NCBI GenBank assembly: GCA_965226885.1
Contig: CBDDEL010000006.1
Coordinates: 1 to 41,731 of the forward strand
Length of the DNA: 41,731 nt
Direction: 5' to 3'
Origin: Opitutales bacterium
GTDB taxonomy: Bacteria; Verrucomicrobiota; Verrucomicrobiia; Opitutales; UBA2987
Part shown: positions 17,054 to 27,171 of the stretch, in pieces
How the letters are laid out: each line of letters begins with the position of its first letter
Numbering within the stretch: the first letter of the stretch is position 1
Translations under genes and position numbers: made by a program
The notes under the pieces: model-generated
Databases searched by the model: none
The model's input: only the letters and a program-made list of their open reading frames with translations
Told to the model about the DNA's origin: nothing

Positions 17054-20000
17054 TTAATCCAAATAAATCAAGGTACCAGTCGGAGTGGAATAAAGGAAGG
17101 TTTCTACTTCTTTCAGGCAGAAAATAGACTGCACCGCTTGCCTATAAATTCCGACTTGTTTTGCATAACGATTTTTGAGCGTTTCCAGGCAATCTTTGTC
17201 CCCTTGCTCAAACCGGTCGGTTTTCCAATCGACAATGAGCCATTGGCCGCTTTCGGTCTCACGGGCCGCCAGGTCGATGATTCCTTCGTAGGCAGTAGTT
17301 TTATCCGCCTGCCAGAGGAAAGGTATTTCGGTTTGCACAACCCAGCCGCCTTGAGCCAATTTTTCCGCCAGGCCGGATGAGAGGAATCGTTCTATTTCCT
17401 TTTCGCCCCTTGGTTCGTGCGGGCATTTTTTAAGATAATTGCCGAAATGGTTTTTCCAGGCCCGCGGATTCTCGCGCCAGGGGGTTGTTTCCATCATTTC
17501 GTGCCACCAATTCCCATAGGCCGCTCCATCGAAGGCTAGCGACTCCTCTGGAAATTCATGCCCCAAGAGAGGTTCGGGTTCATCCCTTGAGGCCGGGGCC
17601 GCCTCCCAATGAGCCAGGCTGCTGGGCAGGACACGCTGGATAGATTTTTCCGAGAGGGCCTGAGCTTTCTCGAAACAGGCTGCCTCCAGCTTTTCTCCGG
17701 GAGGAATGACGGTTTGGGCGGTTGGCTCCGGCACTGTCTCCTCGTGCGCTTTTTTTAGGGTGCCGGGCAAATCCAGCCATGTCTTGGTGTTTTCTCCATC
17801 GGGCAGAATTTGCAGCTTTTCGGCCAATGAATGAGCCGGTTTGGAAAAAAATTTACTATCATCAATGAGAATGAGCGAGCGCCGGGCACGGGTCGCGGCC
17901 ACATACAGAAGCCTCTCCAGTTCCCGGCTCCTGATTTCCTTTTCTACTCTTGGCAAATCACCCAATTGATGCTGGCTGTCGAGCGCCAACCGGGGCTTAT
18001 GGCCAGCCCCCGCCTGCCTCAGCGCCGGGTAGGTAAATCGTCCATAACCAACCTGGCGGTGGAAATAGGGCAAAATCACGGCATCCCATTCCAGCCCTTT
18101 GGACAGGTGGCAGGAAAGCAATTGCAGGTGACCCTTTTTAATGGAGCCTGCCGCGCTGCGGCGCGAAAACTGACCGGCCAGGGAAATGGCCCATTCCTCC
18201 AGGGATAGTCTCTCATTCTCCGCCCGCGCGGCGGCGGCCAGTAATTCCTCGATTAAAGCGGAAAGCTTGCCTTCATCCTTATCCAGCAAGAGGGAGAGGC
18301 GATCTTGCAGACAAATTGTCTCCACCAGGTGACATGCTGTGTCCATCAAAGTCCTGCCGTTGATTTCCCGGCGGAGATCGGCGAGTTCGGCCAGCGTTTT
18401 GGAAACAATATCCTCTTCTCCGGCAGGATGCAGGATTTGCAAGCGCTGTTTTTGGACATAAACCGCCAGGTCGTGGTCGGATATCCCAAAAATCTCCCGC
18501 AAAACACCGTAGATTTCAAAAGAATTTTCCGGTTGCGAAATTACCGTGAGCAGGGCCGTAAACCAGAGAAAGGCGGGATTGTCCCCCCACGCCTGGCTGC
18601 CCGAATGCAACTGCGTATTGATTCCACGGTCGGACAATGCTCCATGCAAGGCCCGCAGCCACTCGTTACGGGGACAAAGGATGGCTACTTCTGAAAAATC
18701 GTCGGCCTGAAACTTTTCCAGCGGCTGGCTTTGAAACCATGCTGCGAAGGCACCGGCCAACTCTTGCTCGTTACTCGTTTCCAAATCGCCGGGAAGCGGA
18801 AGGTTAATCCTCGAAACCTGGCCCGTATCCGCGCCCATCCGCGCTGACAAGGGAACGAATGAGGCTTGAGCTTGCTGGTTTTCTTCAATGCTATCGCTTC
18901 CCTTTAATATATTGGGGAAGAAGTTGTTGACGGCGGCGACCACAGTCTCGCTGCAACGAAATGTGACTGCGAAAACCAGCTCCTCGGCCGCTCCGCTTTC
19001 GACCAGGCTTTTGTGGATGCGATGATAGGTCGTCAAATCAGCCCGGCTGCTGTAAATGGATTGTTGGGGATCGCCCACCATGCAGAAACGTCCGGGTTCC
19101 GGCGGTTCCACTCCCGTTTCCATCCAGAGACCTTGGGTGGCCGTGGTCGTGGCGGCTGGACGAGTCGCTTCGGTTAAAACCTCGAATTGCCGGGTGTCCG
19201 TATCCTGGGCTTCGTCCAGAAGGACGCGATAACCGGCACCGCGAATTTTGGGGCCGCATTGTTCGTCGCGCACAAGGACGCCAGCAAGATCAATCAAATC
19301 ATCATAGGACAAACGTCCCGAAGCGACGCGGAATTTCCGGTATTGATCTGCGATTTCGCCAATCAGGGCGAGCGAAGCCGTCCCCACCCAATCGCGAAGA
19401 GGCTGAAAACTCGATTTCCAAAGAACCTGAAAATCTTTTCCGCCTTTGGAAAAATCGGGCAGCGGCAGGTAACCGGTTCCTGTTTCCCATTCAGCCAGCC
19501 AGGTCTGGGCGAGTTCCTTTCCCTCCATAATGCCTTGCAAAGCCCTCTTGTTGGGCGGCTCAAAGTTGAGTAGCGGCTCAAAACTCAGCTGTGGAAATTT
19601 TGGTAAAGAGCCAGCTGCAAATCCCCCGGCGGGCAGCCGGTAGCTCCTCGCCAGTTCGAGAATGCGGGGCAGCGGAATATGCCGCATGAGGTGATTTTGC
19701 ACCCCGTCCGGCAAGAAGTTGGTAAATGAATCGTTGCTTCCAAAAAACTCCTGCCAGAGCGCCTGGTCGTCTTCCACGATTTCGAAATCGGAGGGAAGAC
19801 CGGCGGAAGGTCCGAACCGCCTCAACAAATCTCCGCAAAAGCTGTGGATGGTGCCAAAGAATGCGCTGCGCAGTAGACTCACCGCCTCGATTCCGACCCC
19901 TTTGGCCACTAATTCGTTGTGGGTGCGAAAACGCATCTCCTCAGCCGCTTTGTTGGTGTAAGTGACAACGACCAGGCGGGATAAAGGGCTTCCCATTCCC

Positions 20001-20164
20001 ATTGGGCCGGACTGGGCGATATGGACGATGCGCTCCACTATGGCGCGGGTTTTGCCGGTCCCGGCCGGGGCGATGACGGAAAAATTCCTTGCCGTATCCT
20101 GCGAGAAACGATCGCGCTCCGCCTGGTCGACGGGCAAATTGCTGGATTGGGAAGGGTCCATCAT
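17054..20164 (-). CDS. addA: AddA-like UvrD/SF1A helicase-nuclease
   Basis: APAGTGKT, TYTNKAAEEM, GTIHSFC, LDEAQDT, VGDPQQSIY, HLSKGLEW and LYVAATRAR, plus a C-terminal GIIDL...IVDWKT...Q..IY nuclease. ATGA overlap with the addB stop. Confidence 0.9.
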   Translation of the reverse strand: MMDPSQSSNLPVDQAERDRFSQDTARNFSVIAPAGTGKTRAIVERIVHIAQSGPMGMGSPLSRLVVVTYTNKAAEEMRFRTHNELVAKGVGIEAVSLLRSAFFGTIHSFCGDLLRRFGPSAGLPSDFEIVEDDQALWQEFFGSNDSFTNFLPDGVQNHLMRHIPLPRILELARSYRLPAGGFAAGSLPKFPQLSFEPLLNFEPPNKRALQGIMEGKELAQTWLAEWETGTGYLPLPDFSKGGKDFQVLWKSSFQPLRDWVGTASLALIGEIADQYRKFRVASGRLSYDDLIDLAGVLVRDEQCGPKIRGAGYRVLLDEAQDTDTRQFEVLTEATRPAATTTATQGLWMETGVEPPEPGRFCMVGDPQQSIYSSRADLTTYHRIHKSLVESGAAEELVFAVTFRCSETVVAAVNNFFPNILKGSDSIEENQQAQASFVPLSARMGADTGQVSRINLPLPGDLETSNEQELAGAFAAWFQSQPLEKFQADDFSEVAILCPRNEWLRALHGALSDRGINTQLHSGSQAWGDNPAFLWFTALLTVISQPENSFEIYGVLREIFGISDHDLAVYVQKQRLQILHPAGEEDIVSKTLAELADLRREINGRTLMDTACHLVETICLQDRLSLLLDKDEGKLSALIEELLAAAARAENERLSLEEWAISLAGQFSRRSAAGSIKKGHLQLLSCHLSKGLEWDAVILPYFHRQVGYGRFTYPALRQAGAGHKPRLALDSQHQLGDLPRVEKEIRSRELERLLYVAATRARRSLILIDDSKFFSKPAHSLAEKLQILPDGENTKTWLDLPGTLKKAHEETVPEPTAQTVIPPGEKLEAACFEKAQALSEKSIQRVLPSSLAHWEAAPASRDEPEPLLGHEFPEESLAFDGAAYGNWWHEMMETTPWRENPRAWKNHFGNYLKKCPHEPRGEKEIERFLSSGLAEKLAQGGWVVQTEIPFLWQADKTTAYEGIIDLAARETESGQWLIVDWKTDRFEQGDKDCLETLKNRYAKQVGIYRQAVQSIFCLKEVETFLYSTPTGTLIYLD

Positions 20165-23100
20165 GAGGAACTTTTCGCAGAGGGAAACAAAGGGTGGGTC
20201 ATTTCCCATTTTAAGCGCAGCATTTCGGTGTCCAGGGGCAGGGTTGCCATGGGGTATTCCACTGCGACCCCGTATTTTGACCTGACCGGCCCGGTCATTC
20301 CCAATACCCCAGATCGTTGCATTTTGGGAAGAACGGCCCAAAGTGGTTGCAGTTCGGAATCCTGTAACTCTTTCCATGATAACTGATTAAATAATTTATC
20401 CGATGGCTTTAAGACGGACAGACCGATGTCTTCCGCGCCGAGCGAATGAAGGGCCAGGGCGTAGAGGACGACTTGCAATCCCTTCCCTTTTTGCAGATCC
20501 CGGATGCGCAAAGGATTATCCTTTCCCGTTTTGAAATCGATCACCCAAAGAGGGGTTTGCCCAGCCCAAGCGCTGCCGGATTGAGGCGATTCGAGAGGAT
20601 TTTTGGACAACAACAGGTCTATGCGTCCAGAGACGGGCAGGGCGGTTGGCTCTGTTGGATGAAGCTTAAATTCGGTTCCCGGAGGCAAATTCCACTCGCT
20701 GCAGGCATAGGGCCAGCCTTCCAGGGCATCCACAGAATTGGCCAATCCAGCGGCGATGCGCAAAGCCTGGGACCAACCCGATATCCACCAGTCAGGCAAG
20801 GTCCTGCCAGCTTTTTGATAGGCTTCGTTAACGGCCTTTTTTAGTAAATACGCCTTTTCTTCCACATGCCTGGCCCAGCCTCCATCTTGGGGAAATGAAA
20901 CGAACATGCTTTCGGCTTCTAAGGCTGCTTGGCCGAGGCTAAGCCAATCATGGACCCAGGTTCCAATCGTCAGGGGCCAGTTGTTCGGTTCGCTGAAATC
21001 CACGGCTTGGCGAATTCCCAGGATGGTGTTCATCCACACCGAAGCGGGCCGGGTTAAAACCGATTCCCAGTCTTTGCAGGACAACGCCAACCCGCCGGGC
21101 GGTGGCTCGCGATATGCGAATTCAAATTCACCGAAAGGCTTTTCTTTATTCCGCCGGGCATTGTGGGCGCGGAGGAAACGTTGACGGTCTGTTGCCTCTA
21201 ATGAGACCCTGCCGCTTTGTGGAAATGGGGGGAGCCAATGCCGTGTTGCCGAGGCCAATTGGGCCATGGCCTTGTCGTCCAGGTGGCCCCCGGTATCCGC
21301 CCGGTAGAGTTTTAAATAAAGCTCGCTGGGGGTGGCGGCGCGGCTGAAATCATCCTCCGCCTTGAGGGAAGCGGTCGCCGCCAACCGGAGCGTGGTCGAT
21401 TCCAGCAATCCGCCGAAAGCATCCCGTGACAACTGGCGTTGATCGCCCGGACCGAGCAAAAGGCCGCATTTATTTTTAACCGTTAAATGCCCTTCTCCCT
21501 GGGAACCTTGGGCCAGACTGTTTTTGTTCAATGCCTCCAGGCGCTCATCCGACAGGTAGGGTGAGATGGGAGGCTCCGGGGGCCATAAACCGTGATTCAG
21601 GCCGCCTAGTATGAGATGGGAAAAATCCTGCCCTTCGGCCTGCTCATAAGTCAACAGGTGCAGGGGAGAAAAGTCTTGCTTCCCGCAAGTGTGGCGGGTT
21701 AGCCCCGGAGTTTGCAGGATATCGCCCAGCCACCGTAGAAAAACCGACCTCTTGACCGGCTTGATGAGGGCTTTTTTCAGAGGCTCGGCGCGAGCGGCAA
21801 GGAATTCCATTTCGGATTTCCAGCCGAGCCTCTCGAGAGGCCCTTCAGATGCTTGCAAAAAACCGGAAAATGAATCCAGTGAGGGAAGCGCGGGCCATTG
21901 GTTCAATATTTCAAGACCTTTCCCCTCCGTCCGATGCTCACTCAACCACGAACGAATAACACTCAAATGAACGATCAGCAAAACCTTGGCGGCTTCTTTT
22001 AAATCTCTCTCCGCGGATCGAAAAAGCTTGGGAGGATCCATTTCGAGATTTCGCCGAAAACGCAGGAATATGTGAAACGAGGGCAGGCTCTGGTCCCATT
22101 GAAAATCCAGCCAACGATTCAGCAAACTCTGCCGTTTCGATTGCGCGGGGAAATACCCGATATTATCCAGAAAAGGGATATCCAGCCGGGCCAGCCGTGA
22201 GGCCACCTCTCTTCCCAAAATCGAACCCGATGGCGCTAAAATGCCCAGGCGCACGCATTTCGGATCCTGTAAATAAGAGCAGGCACAAGCCGTCATTATC
22301 TCCGCTTCCCGACGAACATTCTCAGCCAAATAAAAATCCATCGAGGAGTGCTCAGGCGCTCCTGGCAAATCCATGGAAAAATTCAGGCATAACCCGGAAT
22401 AGGAAAAATCAATTGCCGGTTCTGCCGCCGAAACCGTTTCCGCCCCTCCAAAAAATTGCTCCCAGGCTCCAGTCCAGATTCTTTCCGGTTGATTTTCACG
22501 GGCCAAAGGCAAACAAACCAATGCTTCGGAGGCATGAGCGCATCCGGCCCGAAGAAGGGCCAGCCATTCCCAGTTCCGGGCCGAAAAGCCGGTCATGAGC
22601 ATGGAATCTATCGGTTTTGAGGCCGATATTCTCTTTCCGCACAGGCGCCAATCCGCCTCCTGGGTAGTTTGCAGGCCAGACTGGGCCAGAAGTTTTTCAT
22701 ACCTGTAAGCCACTCCAGCCCATAATTCACCATCCAGTGACTTACTATCGTGTCCGGCTGCTTTAAGTTTATCCAAAGTGCGTACGAGCGCATCGGGTTG
22801 CTGTTCAAGAATCTCCAAAAAGGGTTCGCCTTCTCCCTGTCCCCATTCAGCTGCCGCAACAGCCATAAAAAGGAGCAAATCTTCGCGCAAGGCGAGGCGC
22901 TTGCGACTGCCTACCGGGGAAGCTTTGAGCAGGAATTCGCGGAGATTTCCCGGACTCCAGAAATGAATCGCGAAAAGCGGCAAACCGGCGCCTAAAGCCT
23001 TCTGTTTGAGAAATGCGGCATAGGCCTGGTTTGGAACGACCACCACGGAGGGACGTTCCGAGGAAGATTGGGATGCGGAAGAAATTTTTTTCCTAAACCA

Positions 23101-23169
23101 GGGCTCGATGACATGGCGCCAGCAATCCTCGAATCCCGCTGCCTGGTAAAGGCGGATGTTGGTGGACAT
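20161..23169 (-). CDS. addB: AddB-like protein (inactive helicase fold plus C-terminal PD-(D/E)xK nuclease)
   Basis: GTWVHDWL, SGRIDL, VIDFKTG and GLQVVLY nuclease motifs; about 1000 aa; translationally coupled to addA. Confidence 0.82.
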   Translation of the reverse strand: MSTNIRLYQAAGFEDCWRHVIEPWFRKKISSASQSSSERPSVVVVPNQAYAAFLKQKALGAGLPLFAIHFWSPGNLREFLLKASPVGSRKRLALREDLLLFMAVAAAEWGQGEGEPFLEILEQQPDALVRTLDKLKAAGHDSKSLDGELWAGVAYRYEKLLAQSGLQTTQEADWRLCGKRISASKPIDSMLMTGFSARNWEWLALLRAGCAHASEALVCLPLARENQPERIWTGAWEQFFGGAETVSAAEPAIDFSYSGLCLNFSMDLPGAPEHSSMDFYLAENVRREAEIMTACACSYLQDPKCVRLGILAPSGSILGREVASRLARLDIPFLDNIGYFPAQSKRQSLLNRWLDFQWDQSLPSFHIFLRFRRNLEMDPPKLFRSAERDLKEAAKVLLIVHLSVIRSWLSEHRTEGKGLEILNQWPALPSLDSFSGFLQASEGPLERLGWKSEMEFLAARAEPLKKALIKPVKRSVFLRWLGDILQTPGLTRHTCGKQDFSPLHLLTYEQAEGQDFSHLILGGLNHGLWPPEPPISPYLSDERLEALNKNSLAQGSQGEGHLTVKNKCGLLLGPGDQRQLSRDAFGGLLESTTLRLAATASLKAEDDFSRAATPSELYLKLYRADTGGHLDDKAMAQLASATRHWLPPFPQSGRVSLEATDRQRFLRAHNARRNKEKPFGEFEFAYREPPPGGLALSCKDWESVLTRPASVWMNTILGIRQAVDFSEPNNWPLTIGTWVHDWLSLGQAALEAESMFVSFPQDGGWARHVEEKAYLLKKAVNEAYQKAGRTLPDWWISGWSQALRIAAGLANSVDALEGWPYACSEWNLPPGTEFKLHPTEPTALPVSGRIDLLLSKNPLESPQSGSAWAGQTPLWVIDFKTGKDNPLRIRDLQKGKGLQVVLYALALHSLGAEDIGLSVLKPSDKLFNQLSWKELQDSELQPLWAVLPKMQRSGVLGMTGPVRSKYGVAVEYPMATLPLDTEMLRLKWEMTHPLFPSAKSSS

Positions 23170-23199
23170 TTTATCTACCTATCCGTCCGGCCACCGACC

Positions 23200-23616
23200 T
23201 CATTCCTCGTCAACCCAGTGAATGGTGACGGGGTTATCGATATCGGGGTGGATACTGTAATTAACAGGGCAAGTTTCCGCCGCATGCCGCAGAGCTGCTT
23301 TAACATCATCGGAATGTTTGCCGGGAACCCAGAATTCAATGGGCAGACCCACGATGCGCCGGGGGGTATCGGAAGACATGATTTTTGTTATTTTGAAGTG
23401 AGCCCCGGCCATATCTACGCCCAACTGCCGGGCTCGGATGCCCATTATAGTGGTCATGCAGGTCCCCAGGGCAGTGGCGCAAAGGTCGGTCGGGGAAAAG
23501 GATTGGCCTTTACCTTGATTGTCCACCGGGGCATCCGTGCTCAGTTGGGCGCCGGAAGGCTCGTGCCGGGCGGAACAATGCAAATCGCCCTCATAAACCG
23601 CAGTTATGGTAACCAT
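23200..23616 (-). CDS. OsmC/YhfA family protein
   Basis: TDAPVDNQGKGQSFSPTDL, LGTC and AETCPV. Confidence 0.9.
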   Translation of the reverse strand: MVTITAVYEGDLHCSARHEPSGAQLSTDAPVDNQGKGQSFSPTDLCATALGTCMTTIMGIRARQLGVDMAGAHFKITKIMSSDTPRRIVGLPIEFWVPGKHSDDVKAALRHAAETCPVNYSIHPDIDNPVTIHWVDEE

Positions 23617-23701
23617 GCGAAAAGTCAAACTCAAGGCGCCAGCCCCTGCAACTCAAAATGAAATCAAAAGGCAAGAAACAACCTACTCGCCTATGACGAA
23701 G

Positions 23702-23723
23702 ACGGGGTTTACCATTACCCCGT
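23702..23723 (-). terminator. Hairpin downstream of the IclR gene (possible terminator)
   Basis: ACGGGGT-N8-ACCCCGT with only a weak U-tract. Confidence 0.3.
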
Positions 23724-23745
23724 GAGAGAAACCAGGCGCTTATCC

Positions 23746-24477
23746 TTATGCATGGGCGGTTTTGAGTAATTCCAGGGTGTGGCGCAAGAGCTGGATGTGG
23801 GGCTGAATTTCCTCTTCCGAAATAGTTCCGCTTAGGGCGATGGCATAGAGTTTGTTTTCCTGGGGAACGGCCAGGGAGGATCGGTTTTCCGGTTCTGCTC
23901 CGGAACCCGGCACAAAGGCGTATCCCTGGGTCCTGATGGCCCGCAAATCCTTGACTAAAGCGGGCAATCCGCCGGCAAATCCGGGGATCGGGCGGCCGAT
24001 AAAGATTTCCTCCACTTTCTCCTGCGAACTACCGGAGAGCAAAGCCAGGCCGATGGCGGAACGGGTGGCCGTTTGCATCTCCATCCGCCCCATGGCCCAG
24101 TCGGCGGGCATGCCCGGCTCGCTGCCGTAGATACCGGTAACGATGCTATTCCAGCACATGCCGAGGGTAATATTATGAGATGGAGTTTGCCGCTGCAAAT
24201 CTTGTAGGGGTTCCTGCATTGCGACCCATAAAGGGGCATTGAAGAGGCTTTGCGAGGCGAGAGCGTAGATACCGGGACCGGCCTGAAATTTTCGGTCGTC
24301 GTCCTGATGAACCAAACCCAGATGGGCAAGAGTTTTGAGCAGGCGGTGGGTCCTGGTTGGTTCGATCTTGAGCAAACGGGACACTTCAATCGAACGAAGA
24401 GATTTCCCGGACGAAGAGAGGGCCTGTAAACAACGAACGCCCTCAATCAGACTATGGTTGGGTTGCGCTGGCAGCAT
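23746..24477 (-). CDS. IclR-family transcriptional regulator
   Basis: N-terminal wHTH (NHSLIEGVRCL...TRTHRLLKTLAHLGLV), effector domain SAIGLALL, IRTQGYA and AIALSG. Confidence 0.85.
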   Translation of the reverse strand: MLPAQPNHSLIEGVRCLQALSSSGKSLRSIEVSRLLKIEPTRTHRLLKTLAHLGLVHQDDDRKFQAGPGIYALASQSLFNAPLWVAMQEPLQDLQRQTPSHNITLGMCWNSIVTGIYGSEPGMPADWAMGRMEMQTATRSAIGLALLSGSSQEKVEEIFIGRPIPGFAGGLPALVKDLRAIRTQGYAFVPGSGAEPENRSSLAVPQENKLYAIALSGTISEEEIQPHIQLLRHTLELLKTAHA

Positions 24478-24481
24478 TATG

Positions 24482-24517
24482 TTGCTTTTATAGCTATATT
24501 TATTGCTATAAATGCAA
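24482..24517. promoter_or_regulatory. Near-perfect 36-bp palindrome just upstream of the IclR start; candidate autoregulatory operator
   Basis: TTGCTTTTATAGC-TATATTTATT-GCTATAAATGCAA, ending 4 bp from the ATG at 24477. Confidence 0.5.
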
Positions 24518-26446
24518 TTATTCTACCATAGTCAAGAATTTGACAGTTTTTTTACGAATTTATCAAAATTCTTTAAAAAACTTTATAAAATCTTGCTTTT
24601 GACTATTTAAAAAGCGCAAAGCGCTTATTACCAACACTGAAAAAACTTGTTTCAGTATGATTTGTATGTAATATCGGACAGTCTAAGATGGGCTTAATGA
24701 AAAAATTATGGCCTCTGGATTGCGGTAGTTTGGGGTTTCTTCGATTATTTAGACGAGAAAAATAAAAGGGTTGTTGCAAAGTTTAAAAACAATTATCTTA
24801 ACACATTGATTGTAAAACGTTTAGAAATGAATGGCAACTGTGTCAGAATCCCCATGAGGCCGCTCGGGAATATTTGTCGGATCGTCGGGGCCGGGTTTTT
24901 CTTGCTAACCCGGATATTTCATGAAGGGTAAAGTTTGGCTCGTTATTGCTATTGGAGATGGATTTCTTTGTATTTTGGGCGGATCGTCTTGATTTTGAGG
25001 TGTTTTTCAGGGTGTAGAGACACTTCCCCCTTTCCCCCATTGGTTCGGTAGCGCCGGGGGCAGCGCCAATGCGCCCTTTAGGTTGGCACCAACCGGCGGG
25101 CCGCATGGTTGAAAAGACTGGCCCATGGATAACTTTCACTTAGATGAAAGTGAATCGTTCGGGTGTTGCGCACGATTACCGCTCCGATCTTGATTAATTT
25201 TAGCCGTAGACTGTGGCATTGGAGCCGCGCCCACTTCGTCCCTTTTAATGCGAACCGGCGCAAGGCTTCCATCAAGGTGTAGGCCAGCCCCGACAAGAGC
25301 AATCGCCACTGGTTGGCCCACCATTTATGCGCGCTGGTGCGTTCGCTGAACAATTGCATCTGTTCCTTGATCCGGTTCTCCATCTCACCGCGGCCACAGT
25401 ATACTTTGTCGTAAAGCTCTTGGGGATCGCCCTGCAGGTTCGTCACCACGAAGCGCGGGTTGGACCCCTGTGCGGTGTGTTCGGCTTTGTGGATGATAAG
25501 GCGTTGGCGCCGCCACGATTTTGCCCCATACTCGAAGTGCTGAAACAGCCGTTGCTTTTTGCCGCTACCCTCGAACCATTGTTTGGCTTGCTCCTGCAAC
25601 TGCCGGGCCGCTTGCTGCAAGCGTGCATGGCGGGCCGTTCCCACTATAAAATAAACCTCGTTGCGCTCGCACCACGAGAGAATCCGATCCCGGCAGAATC
25701 CGCTGTCGGCACGCCAAATAATCCGCGTATGGGGCCAGCTTTGGCGAATCCGTTTAACCAGCAATTTGAGGATGGCCCCGGCATGCTTGCTCGCATCGAT
25801 CTTGCTGGGCCGCAGGTAGGCCACCAGAAGCTGATCGCCGCAAAAAACATACAGCGCACAAAACAGTAATGATCATAATAACCGTGGAAAAAACGTCCCT
25901 CCTGGAGCCCGTGCACCGGATTGTCGGTGGCGTCAAAGTCCAGGATGATCTCTTCGGGTTCCTCGGCAAAGGATCCCATGAACTGTTCGACCAGCAACTC
26001 GTTCAGGGCAAAGGCTGCCCGCCGATCCTGCCCGTTTTCAAAACGACACAAAGTCGGCGCGCTGGCCAACGCTTCAGTGCGCCCCGTTACCGTTTGCAAC
26101 AAAGGATCGCGGCGCAGGGTGTCAAAGTCGTTCAAATCCTCATAGCCCGCCACCAGCCCGTAAACGCGCTGCCGGATCATGGCCAGCATCTCATGGCGCA
26201 CTTTGCCCTTCTGCCGTTTGTCTACTAATTGCCGGGCCGCTTGCTCGGTCAAGCCCAACCGCCGATCCACTTCCCGGATCAAAAGCAGCCCGGCATCCGA
26301 AGTAACCTCACCGCCCTTAAAATCAACCCGCACACGGCGGCCTTTTACCCTTGTCAACTGTAGTTCTAATTGTTTACTTTTTGGTAGTGTTAACATTTTG
26401 AATGTTTAAGCTGTACTTTTTAGCGTGATTATGTTGTGAACTGGGA

Positions 26447-26710
26447 ATGGTCCATATCACAGTAAAATGTCCTCAATGCGGAAGCGATCACATCATCAAG
26501 CACGGCAAGGATCCGAAAGGGGTTCAGAAGTATCGATGCAAGGGGTGTGGTTATCAGTTTCGGCTTCACCCCAAAAGTCGTGAGCATCCTCCGGCGCTGG
26601 TCAAGCAGGTGCTCCGTGCGCACCAAAACCGGATGAGCCTGCGTGCCATTTACCGTACCTTCGGGGTAGCCCCAAAGACGGTCATCGAATGGATTAAAAA
26701 AAAGTCCTGA
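26447..26710 (+). CDS. insA: IS1 InsA-like protein (zinc ribbon plus HTH)
   Basis: CPQCGS...YRCKGC and MSLRAIYRTFGV; ends in the slippery A8G run at 26696-26704. Confidence 0.9.
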   Translation: MVHITVKCPQCGSDHIIKHGKDPKGVQKYRCKGCGYQFRLHPKSREHPPALVKQVLRAHQNRMSLRAIYRTFGVAPKTVIEWIKKKS

Positions 26711-26712
26711 GT

Positions 26713-27171
26713 TTGCCGAAGCTGGAGTCCACTCTGCTTGCCCGCCAGTGTAGTGATGTGCTGGAACTGGACGAGGTGTGGTCATTCTGGGGCGATAAGC
26801 GTTCGGGGCAGGTATGGCTATGGGTAGCCTTGTGTCGACGTACCCGACAGGTCGTCGGGTTTTCTCTGGGTGATCGTAGCGATCAAACGTGCTGGCAGTT
26901 GTATCACAACATCGCCCAGCCCTATCGCGACTGTGCCACCGTAAGCGATTACTGGGAAAGCTACGACAAGGTTTTCCCTCACAACAGCGCCAGCGGGAAA
27001 CAATCCGGCCAAACCGCCCATATCGAACGCTGGAACAATACCTTGCGACAGTCCCTGTCACGCTATGTGCGTAAAACGCTGTCATTCTCGAAGTCTTTGG
27101 TCATGCATTTTCGCGTCCTGTGCTTGTTCATCTGGGAATACAACAGCAATATCAAATATTCGTCATGTTAA
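26713..27171 (+). CDS. insB: IS1 InsB-like DDE domain, expressed as InsAB by -1 programmed frameshift
   Basis: LELDEVWSF, GDRS, SDYWESY and HIERWNNTLRQ...RKTLSFSKS. A -1 shift at A AAA AAG joins InsA to ...VLSLPKLES. Confidence 0.9.
   Translation: MPKLESTLLARQCSDVLELDEVWSFWGDKRSGQVWLWVALCRRTRQVVGFSLGDRSDQTCWQLYHNIAQPYRDCATVSDYWESYDKVFPHNSASGKQSGQTAHIERWNNTLRQSLSRYVRKTLSFSKSLVMHFRVLCLFIWEYNSNIKYSSC

Noticed and set aside
20165..20377. 71-codon N-terminal extension of AddA in the ORF track
   Set aside because: Overlaps the addB 3' end; the ATGA coupling at 20161-20164 gives a better start.
24833..24853. GGCAACTGTGTCAGAATCCCC as an IS end similar to GGGACTGTGTTGAATCCC at 34064
   Set aside because: Similarity is loose, there is no partner IR or TSD, and the sequence is in frame with the TPR gene (alternative start at 24827).
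26429..27085. 218-aa antisense ORF in IS1, and similar antisense ORFs in the other IS and in pssA (37957-38565)
   Set aside because: Shadow frames of well-supported genes with no protein-family motifs.
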